Positions 10,571-19,149 of a stretch of 52,987 bases of DNA are shown piece by piece. Origin of the DNA: a virus (lineage: Duplodnaviria; Caudoviricetes); the IMG/VR virus record IMGVR_UViG_3300018080_000028, positions 1-52,987 of that record; one strand, 5' to 3'. The stretch's first letter is position 1, and each line of letters starts with the position of its first letter. The position numbers and the translations under genes are program-made. A model generated the notes under the pieces. That model had not been told where the DNA came from, made no database searches, and saw only the letters and a program-made list of their open reading frames with translations.

Positions 10571-10993
10571 ATGACAGATTATTTGATTGTAATAGCACAA
10601 CTGGTCGATGAGGGTTATTTTACCGGCTGGGAGGAAGATGAGCGCGAAATCGGTGTGAACGGTCCGCCTGACGATTACGATTCAATTGACTGGCGCGAGA
10701 CAGAATTCACCGCACCGTCACAGTCCACTCTGGATGATGAATGGTACAATCATCCAGAAAAGTATGATCGCGTGCTGTTTCGTATTGTACCGTTGCCTGA
10801 TGGTCGTTGGGAAATCACCCCAACAAAACCATACAATATTGATGGCGCAACAGAAGTAACCTTAACGGTGAATGGCATCCCCCTGCCCTCTCCAACCACT
10901 CTTGGTGATGCCGTCATACTTGATCCATCGTCCAATGTGAAAATTGGGGTGTTGGAAAATTATCCGCATGTTGAAGAGATGATAAGGATTTAG
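10571..10993 (+). CDS. XkdW-like fibre-associated protein
   Basis: GGAGG SD; acidic; IDW...APSQSTLDDEW resembles XkdW-type proteins that follow fibre genes. Confidence 0.45.
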   Translation: MTDYLIVIAQLVDEGYFTGWEEDEREIGVNGPPDDYDSIDWRETEFTAPSQSTLDDEWYNHPEKYDRVLFRIVPLPDGRWEITPTKPYNIDGATEVTLTVNGIPLPSPTTLGDAVILDPSSNVKIGVLENYPHVEEMIRI

Positions 10994-10995
10994 TG

Positions 10996-11241
10996 ATGGC
11001 ACAACTGACAGAAAAACAGATTATGAGAGCATTACAATCAGTGTTCATACTGGTTGAGGACGCGCCCGGTGAGTACAGCGCCGAACTTGAGATCCCAGGT
11101 GGTTACACTCTGGGGGACCTGAACAACATCTTTAAAAACACAGATGTTTGGGATGCCTTGCCCTCTTTAGAAAAGGGAGAGGTGCTTTACGCGCTGGTGC
11201 GTTTGTTGGCTGCAGCGATTATGATACTTTCAGAAGATTAA
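10996..11241 (+). CDS. Hypothetical protein
   Basis: AAGGA SD; abuts the previous gene. Confidence 0.6.
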   Translation: MAQLTEKQIMRALQSVFILVEDAPGEYSAELEIPGGYTLGDLNNIFKNTDVWDALPSLEKGEVLYALVRLLAAAIMILSED

Positions 11242-11319
11242 AGTATTACGCTGATTATGCTGTTGCAACTTTATGTGTTATAATAACACTGTGCTTTTAA
11301 GTTCTTTTAAGGCAATAAA

Positions 11320-11973
11320 ATGGATGAGGATATTGTAGTATCACAATCAAAAATAGAGGCTATTTCACCTGATCCAGACAAGGCTCCGGTTACTCATGCT
11401 GAACTGGCACAGACAGTCAAACCTTTTCTTACCAGAACACAGGTAATGGAAATTGTTGATCAAAGAACTGAACCTATTTTAAAGAGTGTAAAAAAAGTCT
11501 CGGAAGAATTTGGTGAAATGACAAAAACGATTAACGCTCTGACTAAAACAATCACTATGTTAACCGGGCAGGTTGAGATTTTGACCCAACAGCGCAATAG
11601 CGATATTGAAAGACTCCAAAGGGAAGCGGAAAAACTGAGTAAAGGACATGAAGAACAGGGCGAGCGACTTGTTTTTCTTGAGTCGTGTCAGGAAAATATG
11701 CAAAAGATCACTGACAGAGTTACAGCAGCCCTGTTTGGCAGCAACAGCACTCCAGGTATAAGTGAAACCTTGCGCATACAGGGGAACGCTCTTGGTATGG
11801 TGAAAAAAGATATTGCCGAGATAAATCAATCTCTTGTAGGTGTTGTGCAATTTGCCGAAGATGTTAAAACAACTCTGAGCAGAACAAAAAAATTTATTAC
11901 AAGTTGGAGATTTTTAGTTCCGTTAGGCGGTAGCACAGCAGCAATCATAGAAGCTATATTCGATTTGCTTTAA
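11320..11973 (+). CDS. Coiled-coil protein with C-terminal hydrophobic segment (lysis cassette)
   Basis: Heptad pattern followed by WRFLVPLGGSTAAIIEAIF; lies before the holin. Confidence 0.55.
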   Translation: MDEDIVVSQSKIEAISPDPDKAPVTHAELAQTVKPFLTRTQVMEIVDQRTEPILKSVKKVSEEFGEMTKTINALTKTITMLTGQVEILTQQRNSDIERLQREAEKLSKGHEEQGERLVFLESCQENMQKITDRVTAALFGSNSTPGISETLRIQGNALGMVKKDIAEINQSLVGVVQFAEDVKTTLSRTKKFITSWRFLVPLGGSTAAIIEAIFDLL

Positions 11974-11976
11974 GGA

Positions 11977-12336
11977 GTGAGTATGGACATCCAATGGACG
12001 CTTTTAATTGCCATGTCCACTTCAGTATGGACTTTCACCCAGATATTGAAAGGGATACTGGACGGAATACTGGCAAAGGCCGGGCTTGAGATAGCCAGAG
12101 AGTTCCGCGACTATGTGTTGCTGATTATAGCAATGGCGGTCGGCATCCTCACCGTGGCTGCATCTGGCGACGGCGTAAGCATACTTGGCGACGCAGTGGT
12201 TCCGTTTCCGGAAGTGACGCATACTATTGTCACCGGGATCGCAATTGGCGCTGGCGCAAAGTTTTTGCATCTGGTGCGCGATTTTTCAGCTGTCGTCATG
12301 TCTTTTTTGAAGCAGAGGGTGTCGCTTAATGAATAG
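11977..12336 (+). CDS. Putative holin
   Basis: 119 aa with three hydrophobic segments; IVTGIAIGAGAKFLH resembles the common holin TG...GA..H motif. Confidence 0.7.
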   Translation: MSMDIQWTLLIAMSTSVWTFTQILKGILDGILAKAGLEIAREFRDYVLLIIAMAVGILTVAASGDGVSILGDAVVPFPEVTHTIVTGIAIGAGAKFLHLVRDFSAVVMSFLKQRVSLNE

Positions 12337-13129
12337 GTTGATAATCGCACTGCTATTGTTTCTGGCCGGATGCCGTGTAGCAGTTATTCAACCAATGACA
12401 CCAACACATGAGGATGCTACACCTACGCAGGAACTGTCTCTGGAAGAATTGTGGGGGCCTGGAAATACAATCAACCCACACAGCGACAGCGATTACGCTT
12501 TGATCGCTGTTAATGAAAACAATGAACTCGATGCTGGTATTGCGGTGCGGGAAAAAGCCTGTACGGAAATACCGGACCAGTCTATTCAGCGCTGCACATG
12601 GGTTGAAACGCCGCTGCCATATGGCCTTTACCGGTGGTTTTTTGAAATGGTTGCAATTGATGGTGAGTGTGAGTTTTACGGTGCAGCTCCATATGTGCGT
12701 CAGGTAGAGAATGGTTTTTCTGTCGATATATCCGGCATGAGTGGTTTCGCTGGATTGGATTTGGTACACCAACAGGTGTATGGCGGCGCTGGCGGATTAG
12801 GCCGTTATGTCGTGGGCATGGAGTTTCTCTCTCACGAATTAACGCCATATGAACCTGGCATTTCGCTCACAGAGTCCATTGATAAAATCTGTTTTGTGAT
12901 GGTCGATAATGGCTCAACCATTCGGCTGTCACCGCAACCATGGTCAGGCGAAACACCTGAATCGGCGGTTTATGTGTTGCAGTTTGAATCACCGCACTCT
13001 TTTTTGTTGCGTTGCGGTGTAAATTTGCGTTATGCTGGTATCAGTGGAGATGTTGTGTTTGACCGATTTTTTGTTGCGCCTGTTGGTCCTGAATATGGTT
13101 CTGAGGGGTATGTGACGACCGTCCCCTGA
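12329..13129 (+). CDS. Lipoprotein of unknown function
   Basis: Signal peptide with lipobox LLLFLAG-C, then a Pro/Thr linker and a beta-rich domain. Confidence 0.7.
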   Translation: MNRLIIALLLFLAGCRVAVIQPMTPTHEDATPTQELSLEELWGPGNTINPHSDSDYALIAVNENNELDAGIAVREKACTEIPDQSIQRCTWVETPLPYGLYRWFFEMVAIDGECEFYGAAPYVRQVENGFSVDISGMSGFAGLDLVHQQVYGGAGGLGRYVVGMEFLSHELTPYEPGISLTESIDKICFVMVDNGSTIRLSPQPWSGETPESAVYVLQFESPHSFLLRCGVNLRYAGISGDVVFDRFFVAPVGPEYGSEGYVTTVP

Positions 13130-13165
13130 TATTACGGATAGTCGTGCTGCTCATGTTTTCTCCGT

Positions 13166-13200
13166 AAAAAGTGCTCATACCTGCCCGTTGAGTACTTTTT
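13166..13200. terminator. Bidirectional intrinsic terminator
   Basis: AAAAAGTGCTCA-N11-TGAGTACTTTTT between convergent arms. Confidence 0.65.
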
Positions 13201-13213
13201 ATGTATATGTGAA

Positions 13214-13235
13214 AGCGCCGCCATGAGGCGGCGCT
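13214..13235 (-). terminator. Hairpin terminator for the - strand arm
   Basis: Perfect 9-bp stem AGCGCCGCC-ATGA-GGCGGCGCT. Confidence 0.6.
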
Positions 13236-13283
13236 GGGAAGTTAACGAATCACCCGTAAAGGTGAAAGGTTCCGCCAAGTATA

Positions 13284-13700
13284 TCACACCTTGGTGTAAA
13301 CGGTGAATGATCTGTCTGCCGCCACTACCGCAGGATCACCGGCAACATCGACTGTTTGCAGACGCATCAACCATCCGTGCTCTGTATCCGGTGTGCCGTT
13401 CCACTGACCCTGCGCGTATCCATTTACGCCGTCTACCAGTGTGGTGATCAGTTGCGCTTCGGCCACCAGTAAAGGGCCAAAAGAAATCAGCGCTCCGGTA
13501 TCGTCGAGAACGTCAAACCATGTGGTGCCGCCGTCGTCGCTAACCTGCATAGCCAGATACACAGCATCCATTGGGTTTGGGGTTTTGACCTGCATGTGTT
13601 CCATATCAGAGTCGATACGCCAGTCGGTTGAATAACTTTCGCCAAGCGCAATTTCAACTCCAACACGTGTGTATGTTCGTGCAGCTACGTCGTGAGACAT
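13284..13700 (-). CDS. Small acidic beta-rich protein (decoration/spike-like)
   Basis: AAGGAG SD; IALGESYS and QVSDDGGTTWFDV motifs; related to 13796-14167. Confidence 0.6.
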   Translation of the reverse strand: MSHDVAARTYTRVGVEIALGESYSTDWRIDSDMEHMQVKTPNPMDAVYLAMQVSDDGGTTWFDVLDDTGALISFGPLLVAEAQLITTLVDGVNGYAQGQWNGTPDTEHGWLMRLQTVDVAGDPAVVAADRSFTVYTKV

Positions 13701-13761
13701 GGAAATATTACTCCTTTTATTATTTGGTCGGGAGTGTAAGTATAATCGTTACACTGAGTCC

Positions 13762-13790
13762 AGTATAACAGAAATCGATTGTGGTTGCAA
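13762..13790 (-). promoter_or_regulatory. Sigma70-type promoter
   Basis: TTGCAA-17-TATACT with extended -10 TG. Confidence 0.7.
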
Positions 13791-13795
13791 AACGA

Positions 13796-14167
13796 TTAAT
13801 TTGGAGGCCAGTGGGAAATATCTTTACCCATTCCGGTAACAGCGATAACTACTTCGGCAGTGGTCACAGCGTCCAGTTCCAGTTGCAGAAAACGTGATCC
13901 TTCGGCGTGTGAAAATATAAATTGAAACCCGTTGGGAGAAACAACAGAAGACCATTGTGTTGATGGGTCATCTCTTTCGTAAAGGTCTACCAAGTCATCT
14001 TCCGGGTTAACGGAAGCGTAGACATTCATTGCAGTTCCACCTGGAATTCCCCCGCTGTCGTCACAGTGGAGTACAAAAGAGCGGTAATTGTGTTTAAAAT
14101 CCAATACGTTGCTTGTCATTGCTCCGAGAGCGATGGTCGCTTCTAGTGTTGTGCTTCTGTTAGCCAT
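13796..14167 (-). CDS. Small beta-rich protein, distant paralogue of 13284-13700
   Basis: Shares the TIALGAMTS N-terminal pattern and the RFLQL C-terminal strand pattern. Confidence 0.55.
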   Translation of the reverse strand: MANRSTTLEATIALGAMTSNVLDFKHNYRSFVLHCDDSGGIPGGTAMNVYASVNPEDDLVDLYERDDPSTQWSSVVSPNGFQFIFSHAEGSRFLQLELDAVTTAEVVIAVTGMGKDISHWPPN

Positions 14168-14273
14168 AATATGACCCTTGGATGATTAGCATTGCAATCA
14201 GTATAACCGAAACGGCCTGCATATCGCAAGCCGTTTCGGGTAAAGTAAATCTGCTCTCTGCAATGCAATACTA

Positions 14274-14906
14274 TCATACTCGATAACAGAAAGTTTTACC
14301 ATGCCACGGGCCGGAATAACCTTTATACCAGTGATACATGGCGTGGATGTTGGGGTTGGCCGTCCCTTTGCCGACAAAATGAATACGATTGGCGCTGACG
14401 TGCAGTTCATGTAATGGGATGTCGCGCCAGAGTCCGTTGTGCCGTTTGGCACTGGAGATAAAATCAAGCGGCAACAAAAAGTAAATGCTGCCCCCGGGTT
14501 TACACAATGCCCACGACCGCCGCACAAATTTTTCGGCCAGGTCGGGTATCAATGTGCCGTTTTGTTTGCCATATGGTGGATTGCCCACAACCAAGTCAAA
14601 CAGTTCGTCGAACAGGCAACGGTCGCTCAAAAAGTCTTCGTTGCGCCAGACATCGTAATGGGCAGGTCGTTCTATCTCACGAATTTCCACACCGGTTACT
14701 TTGCAGCGGGGAAAATACTCTTTGACCCCCCTGCCCCACACGCCTGAGCCAGCGCCTGGATCAAGGCAACGGTAAAGACGATTGTAGAAAGGCAAATTCT
14801 TGAGAGCCGCGCGCACAAATTCAATCGGCGTTTCGTAGTGGTCGTTAACATCCCTTTCCGGCAGCTTGTCTAAGGTTTCGTTTGTTGCGTAAATGATAGG
14901 CATCAT
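14274..14906 (-). CDS. DNA N6-adenine methyltransferase
   Basis: DHYETP, motif I LDPGAGSG and motif IV VVGNPPY. Confidence 0.88.
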   Translation of the reverse strand: MMPIIYATNETLDKLPERDVNDHYETPIEFVRAALKNLPFYNRLYRCLDPGAGSGVWGRGVKEYFPRCKVTGVEIREIERPAHYDVWRNEDFLSDRCLFDELFDLVVGNPPYGKQNGTLIPDLAEKFVRRSWALCKPGGSIYFLLPLDFISSAKRHNGLWRDIPLHELHVSANRIHFVGKGTANPNIHAMYHWYKGYSGPWHGKTFCYRV

Positions 14907-14927
14907 TTTTCTCCCATGTGAAAAACA

Positions 14928-15233
14928 TCAACCTGCTTTCCTGATAGCATCATGTGTACCGGTAGAAGCCCCGTCCCAAAACGCGGCCAGCCTGTCACAG
15001 TTGTTGACGACATCACTGTTGCGCAACATTCCGGCAGCACGACCGTACCTCTCCCAGTCTGGACAAAAAACCCGGACATTAAGCCCGCGCTTCTTTCCGG
15101 CCTTTTCTGCTGCTTTGTCTACACCCCTGGCTCCGCCAGTGATGATGGTGTCTTCGGCTTTGAGCGTCTGGACGTATTTCTCTACTTGTTTGAGGGGAAC
15201 AAAGTCCCGCGAACCTACGATTGCTACTCGCAT
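14928..15233 (-). CDS. SLOG-family (YspA/DUF2493-like) protein
   Basis: MRVAIVGSRDF, ITGGARGVD, AGMLRN and AFWDGASTGT motifs. Confidence 0.85.
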   Translation of the reverse strand: MRVAIVGSRDFVPLKQVEKYVQTLKAEDTIITGGARGVDKAAEKAGKKRGLNVRVFCPDWERYGRAAGMLRNSDVVNNCDRLAAFWDGASTGTHDAIRKAG

Positions 15234-15823
15234 GTGTCTGCCCATTCCGCCATGGCTTTTAAAACACCGCGCGTGAGATGACAATCGACCAGCGCGTCAT
15301 GTGCACCATCCAGGCTCACTTTTAACTGGTCGGCGACCTCGGTAAGTTTTACCCATTTGAACGATTTATACCTGGCGTTCCAGTTGCCGACAAATTCACT
15401 GACCGGCTGCATAGCATCGATCCAGCGTTCGGGTCGGAACGGGGGTAGTTTTGCTGTTTCGCAGTGGTACTGCAATATCTGCGAATCGTAGTTGGCGTTG
15501 TAGATTACCACCATTTTGCCGTTGATCAGTGGTTTTAGTTCAGGGTAAATCTCGGCAAATGTAGGAGATGATGCCACGTCATCGTCGGTGATTCTGTGAA
15601 TTTTGGTGGACTCCGGTGGAATTGGTTTGCCGGGGTTCACCAGTTGGTTGATCAGCACCTTCCCGTCGTGAGATAGGATGCCGATCTGTACAATGTCGGC
15701 GCTGTCGGGAAACTGGCTGGTTGTCTCCAGATCGAGATAAATCAATCCCTGATAACGTGTCAAGGCTTTGGACCAACTTGCTGCACTTCGTTTCATGTCG
15801 TCAAACCAGCTTGCGGGGGGCAT
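15224..15823 (-). CDS. DEDDh 3'-5' exonuclease (DnaQ-like)
   Basis: ExoI LDLETT, ExoII YNANYD and ExoIII AHDALVD. Confidence 0.92.
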   Translation of the reverse strand: MPPASWFDDMKRSAASWSKALTRYQGLIYLDLETTSQFPDSADIVQIGILSHDGKVLINQLVNPGKPIPPESTKIHRITDDDVASSPTFAEIYPELKPLINGKMVVIYNANYDSQILQYHCETAKLPPFRPERWIDAMQPVSEFVGNWNARYKSFKWVKLTEVADQLKVSLDGAHDALVDCHLTRGVLKAMAEWADTCE

Positions 15824-15943
15824 ATCTTTTCTCCTTTTCTAACTTGATTACTTGTTCCTATACTTTCTCATGTATTCTCTATTGTATTTTCTTCTGTTTT
15901 TTTTCACGCCTGGTCTCTGCTGGCAGTAGATTAACCGCCATAC

Positions 15944-16501
15944 CTATACCTCTCCTCCATTCCCCTGATAAGGGTGATTTAACTCAGTAAATTCTAACCA
16001 CTCCCGGATCGCCACAGCCAGTGGAAACACCTGCGCCGGAACAACCGCATTGCCCAATGCTTTCAATCTCTTCGCCCTATACGGCGACGAACCCGATACC
16101 CGCGGTGGCTCCCACGATTGCTGTTTTTCGCCCGGTCTGGCGGGCCATCGTCTAACAATGTCCACCCTATCGGGAATCCCATTAGTGCCTCTACGAAATC
16201 GGGGTTTAATCGTTCTCCTGGCTTTGACGCGACCTGTACATTTAGTTGAAGTTTGTTTGTTTTGCCCCACCTGGATTGGGGGGGCGTTTTCTTTTGAATC
16301 TTGTACCATTGGCGTGCGCCATAGTTTTACGACTTCGGATAGACGGGCGAAGGATTGCCCACCATTGTATCTCTGCCGTATATTCCCCGTCTGGGTGATA
16401 TGTATCTTGTCCGCGCGACCATTCATTTTCCCCGCCACGCTGAACGGCTGACACGGGAACCCCGCTGTAATCACATCTACATACGGCAGATTTGTGATCA
16501 A
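15944..16501 (-). pseudogene. Remnant of a C5-cytosine DNA methyltransferase
   Basis: Keeps motif IV (AGFPCQPFSVAG) and motif X (RLKALGNAVVP) but lacks motif I and the ENV region. Confidence 0.75.
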
Positions 16502-17332
16502 TCATGTAAAACAAGCTCCGCTATCACACTCACCTTGTCCCCAATCAGGAAAGGGTAAGTGGTACTGCAACCCTACCGCTTGCTTGAGTGGTTTCAGGTC
16601 GGGATGAATATACACTTGTCCCCGCTTCAGGTCTGCTAATTTTAAGTTGATGTATTGCTCAACTAATACCGCTCGCCTGAATAATGCCGGATTGTAAGCC
16701 CGCATCCGTAACCATTCGTTCCGTTTGGTAAAAGGGCAGAAATAACAACTGGATTTTGGCGGTGTTGGTAATCCCGCTTTAGATATAATACGATGACAAG
16801 TGTTTCGATTAATTTTTAAATCTATTAAAGGGTGTTCCATTTTTTGCCAAAACCCTAATTTCTTTTTGCCGATGGTATCCTTCCAGAATTCACCCTTCAC
16901 TCGTGTATACTCATCTAAACTGATGCCTAGCCCCGTTATGCAATGCGTATACCCGATTTTTTTTATGTGCTGATTAATGGGTACTATCTTAAAATCATAG
17001 GTGCAAGCGCGTGTTCCAGGCGGAGAACCATTGCCACTAAATACCGGAATAACCATGCTCCGGTGCGTTCGGTAAATGTATTGCAGCAATGTCTCGGCCC
17101 TTTTTCTAGTTGTTTTTTGTACCTCTACTAACCGTATCCCGTGTTTTTCCATATATGGGCGGGCATATCTATTGATGTATTCAAGCGTGGCAGGATTCTC
17201 GCTATCGTTACCGACGTTGGCAAAGATAAAATAATCAAACGGTTCTATTTTGCCTTGGGCTTGCAGTACCATCACAGCATTGGATTGTACGCCACCGCCG
17301 TAGTTATATATTCGTACAGGTTTTTCTGGCAT
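16502..17332 (-). CDS. PP-loop adenine-nucleotide alpha hydrolase (PAPS reductase-like)
   Basis: YGGGVQS PP-loop, FANVGNDSE, CTYDFKI, SSCYFCPF and terminal ECDSGAC. Confidence 0.8.
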   Translation of the reverse strand: MPEKPVRIYNYGGGVQSNAVMVLQAQGKIEPFDYFIFANVGNDSENPATLEYINRYARPYMEKHGIRLVEVQKTTRKRAETLLQYIYRTHRSMVIPVFSGNGSPPGTRACTYDFKIVPINQHIKKIGYTHCITGLGISLDEYTRVKGEFWKDTIGKKKLGFWQKMEHPLIDLKINRNTCHRIISKAGLPTPPKSSCYFCPFTKRNEWLRMRAYNPALFRRAVLVEQYINLKLADLKRGQVYIHPDLKPLKQAVGLQYHLPFPDWGQGECDSGACFT

Positions 17333-17379
17333 AATTTACCTTTCTCAACTTGACTACCTATAATCGTTATGATATGTAA

Positions 17380-18558
17380 TCAACTCTCGTTGTTTCCAAA
17401 TAAACTAAGCTGCACATCGCCATCATCCCCTACCGGTGTAGGCTGATAAGGGTCAAAGTCCGCTATTCTGCGTTCTGCCATTTCCACATACTCCGGGCTA
17501 ATATCACATCCAATGTAATCGCGCCCGTGCCTGATGGCGACCAGCGCCACGGTCCCGCTTCCCATAAATGGGTCGAGCACTAGGCCCGGAACAAAGCCCG
17601 CATCGCAGTCGCAGGTCGGGCGAAAGCCGGTGGTGGTAGATTCGTGTGGCTTGACCATTTTCCCAGAAGCAGCCGTATTGCCATATTTACCTAATAATTT
17701 CCCCCGATTTGACCGCTCTATTATCATTGGTGACACTTCCACCACCCGCACAACCGGCGCTCCGCACTTGCTGCACACTTCACGCGGGCATCCCGCCAGC
17801 AGGCAAGGTTCGACTAGTTTCTGGGGAAATGCAGCAAAATGCGCACCGCTGTAGGGTTGCGTGGCGACTGTCCAGACTGTGCGCCTGTTGCGGCGTGGAT
17901 ATGTCTGGCTGCCGGGCCGAACCCCTGCAATCACCTCAGTCGGAAGACGTTTATTGCCATTTTTAGACCTTGCTTTTCGATTGTCTTCTGGATAGGTCGA
18001 TTTCTCCCGCACCGCATCAGCATCATAAAAATATCTTTCCCGCTTGGTCAATAAAAAAATATATTCGTGCGACTTGGTCGGCCTATCAGTCACGCTCTCC
18101 GGCATCGGATTCGGCTTGTGCCAGATGATGTCGCTCCTCAACCACCAGCCATCCTCCCGGAGCGCAAACGCCAGCCGCCACGGCTGCCCCACCAAATCTT
18201 TCGGTTTTAATCCCGTGATGACTTTGCCCCGTCCTATACCACTGCTCCCATGCAATCCCGACGCATGTTTTCCCCCGGTACTGCCCCCCCATTTCCCATC
18301 GTTGGCGTAACAATCCCCCATATTCAACCATAGCGTGCCCGTAGGTTTCAACACCCGCCGCACCTCACGAAAAACGGCAGTCATCTTCGCCACGAACTCC
18401 CCCACCGTCGGCTCTAATCCCAACTGCCCCGCCACACCATAATCTCGCAGTCCCCAATAGGGCGGACTCGTAATAACACAATCCACACATTCATCAGGCA
18501 ACGAGCGCAGATAATCCAGCACATCAGCGCATGTTATTTTGTTACGAACAATCGCCAT
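17380..18558 (-). CDS. Beta-class DNA methyltransferase (N4-C or N6-A) with Zn-ribbon insertion
   Basis: ITSPPYW, IIWHKPNPMPESV, HFAAFP and LDPFMGSGT; inserted CSKC...CDC segment. Confidence 0.92.
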   Translation of the reverse strand: MAIVRNKITCADVLDYLRSLPDECVDCVITSPPYWGLRDYGVAGQLGLEPTVGEFVAKMTAVFREVRRVLKPTGTLWLNMGDCYANDGKWGGSTGGKHASGLHGSSGIGRGKVITGLKPKDLVGQPWRLAFALREDGWWLRSDIIWHKPNPMPESVTDRPTKSHEYIFLLTKRERYFYDADAVREKSTYPEDNRKARSKNGNKRLPTEVIAGVRPGSQTYPRRNRRTVWTVATQPYSGAHFAAFPQKLVEPCLLAGCPREVCSKCGAPVVRVVEVSPMIIERSNRGKLLGKYGNTAASGKMVKPHESTTTGFRPTCDCDAGFVPGLVLDPFMGSGTVALVAIRHGRDYIGCDISPEYVEMAERRIADFDPYQPTPVGDDGDVQLSLFGNNES

Positions 18559-18690
18559 GGTTCTGTCTCCAGATTTTTTGCCACCAGTCTCGTATTTTAA
18601 GCAGGTACTCGGTGGATATGCCGCCGGTCAACATGTGCAGGGCAAGCATCAGATGGGTGAGCAAACCGTGAATGATATTCTTTATAGACC

Positions 18691-18897
18691 TTAACATTTT
18701 TTCCCTCCAATCAGTTTACGGTTCAATCGCAACCGCCGCCGTTTCACTACATGGTGATTGTCATACGCATCAATCACCAGCGCCGTTGCGAATTTCGCCG
18801 AGACAATGCAGCGACCATCCAATCGCCGAACTGGATCACATTGCATCCCTCGTAAACGGAGATCGGTCAGCCCATCACCAAGGTATGTGTAACGCAT
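18691..18897 (-). CDS. Hypothetical protein
   Basis: GAGG SD; in operon. Confidence 0.6.
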   Translation of the reverse strand: MRYTYLGDGLTDLRLRGMQCDPVRRLDGRCIVSAKFATALVIDAYDNHHVVKRRRLRLNRKLIGGKKC

Positions 18898-18900
18898 GTT

Positions 18901-19140
18901 CTACCTCACCACCTCGATAATTACGCGAATTATTAGTGCCAATACAACCCCGCACCATACAGGTGCGAACCACAGGTATCCGCTACGGTGCGCCTTTTTG
19001 CCTGTCCGGTAGCTTGTGTCTGTCGGTTTTGGCCTGCCCCGATAATTCGTAACACATTCACAACACAAAGGAATACTGGGTGATGAGTGTTTTACCGTTA
19101 AACACGCTTCTCTTTTTTTACAAACCACACATTTAGTCAT
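18901..19140 (-). CDS. Small Zn-finger protein with C-terminal transmembrane helix
   Basis: CVVC...CCEC followed by a hydrophobic tail. Confidence 0.6.
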   Translation of the reverse strand: MTKCVVCKKREACLTVKHSSPSIPLCCECVTNYRGRPKPTDTSYRTGKKAHRSGYLWFAPVWCGVVLALIIRVIIEVVR

Positions 19141-19149
19141 AGTGCACCT

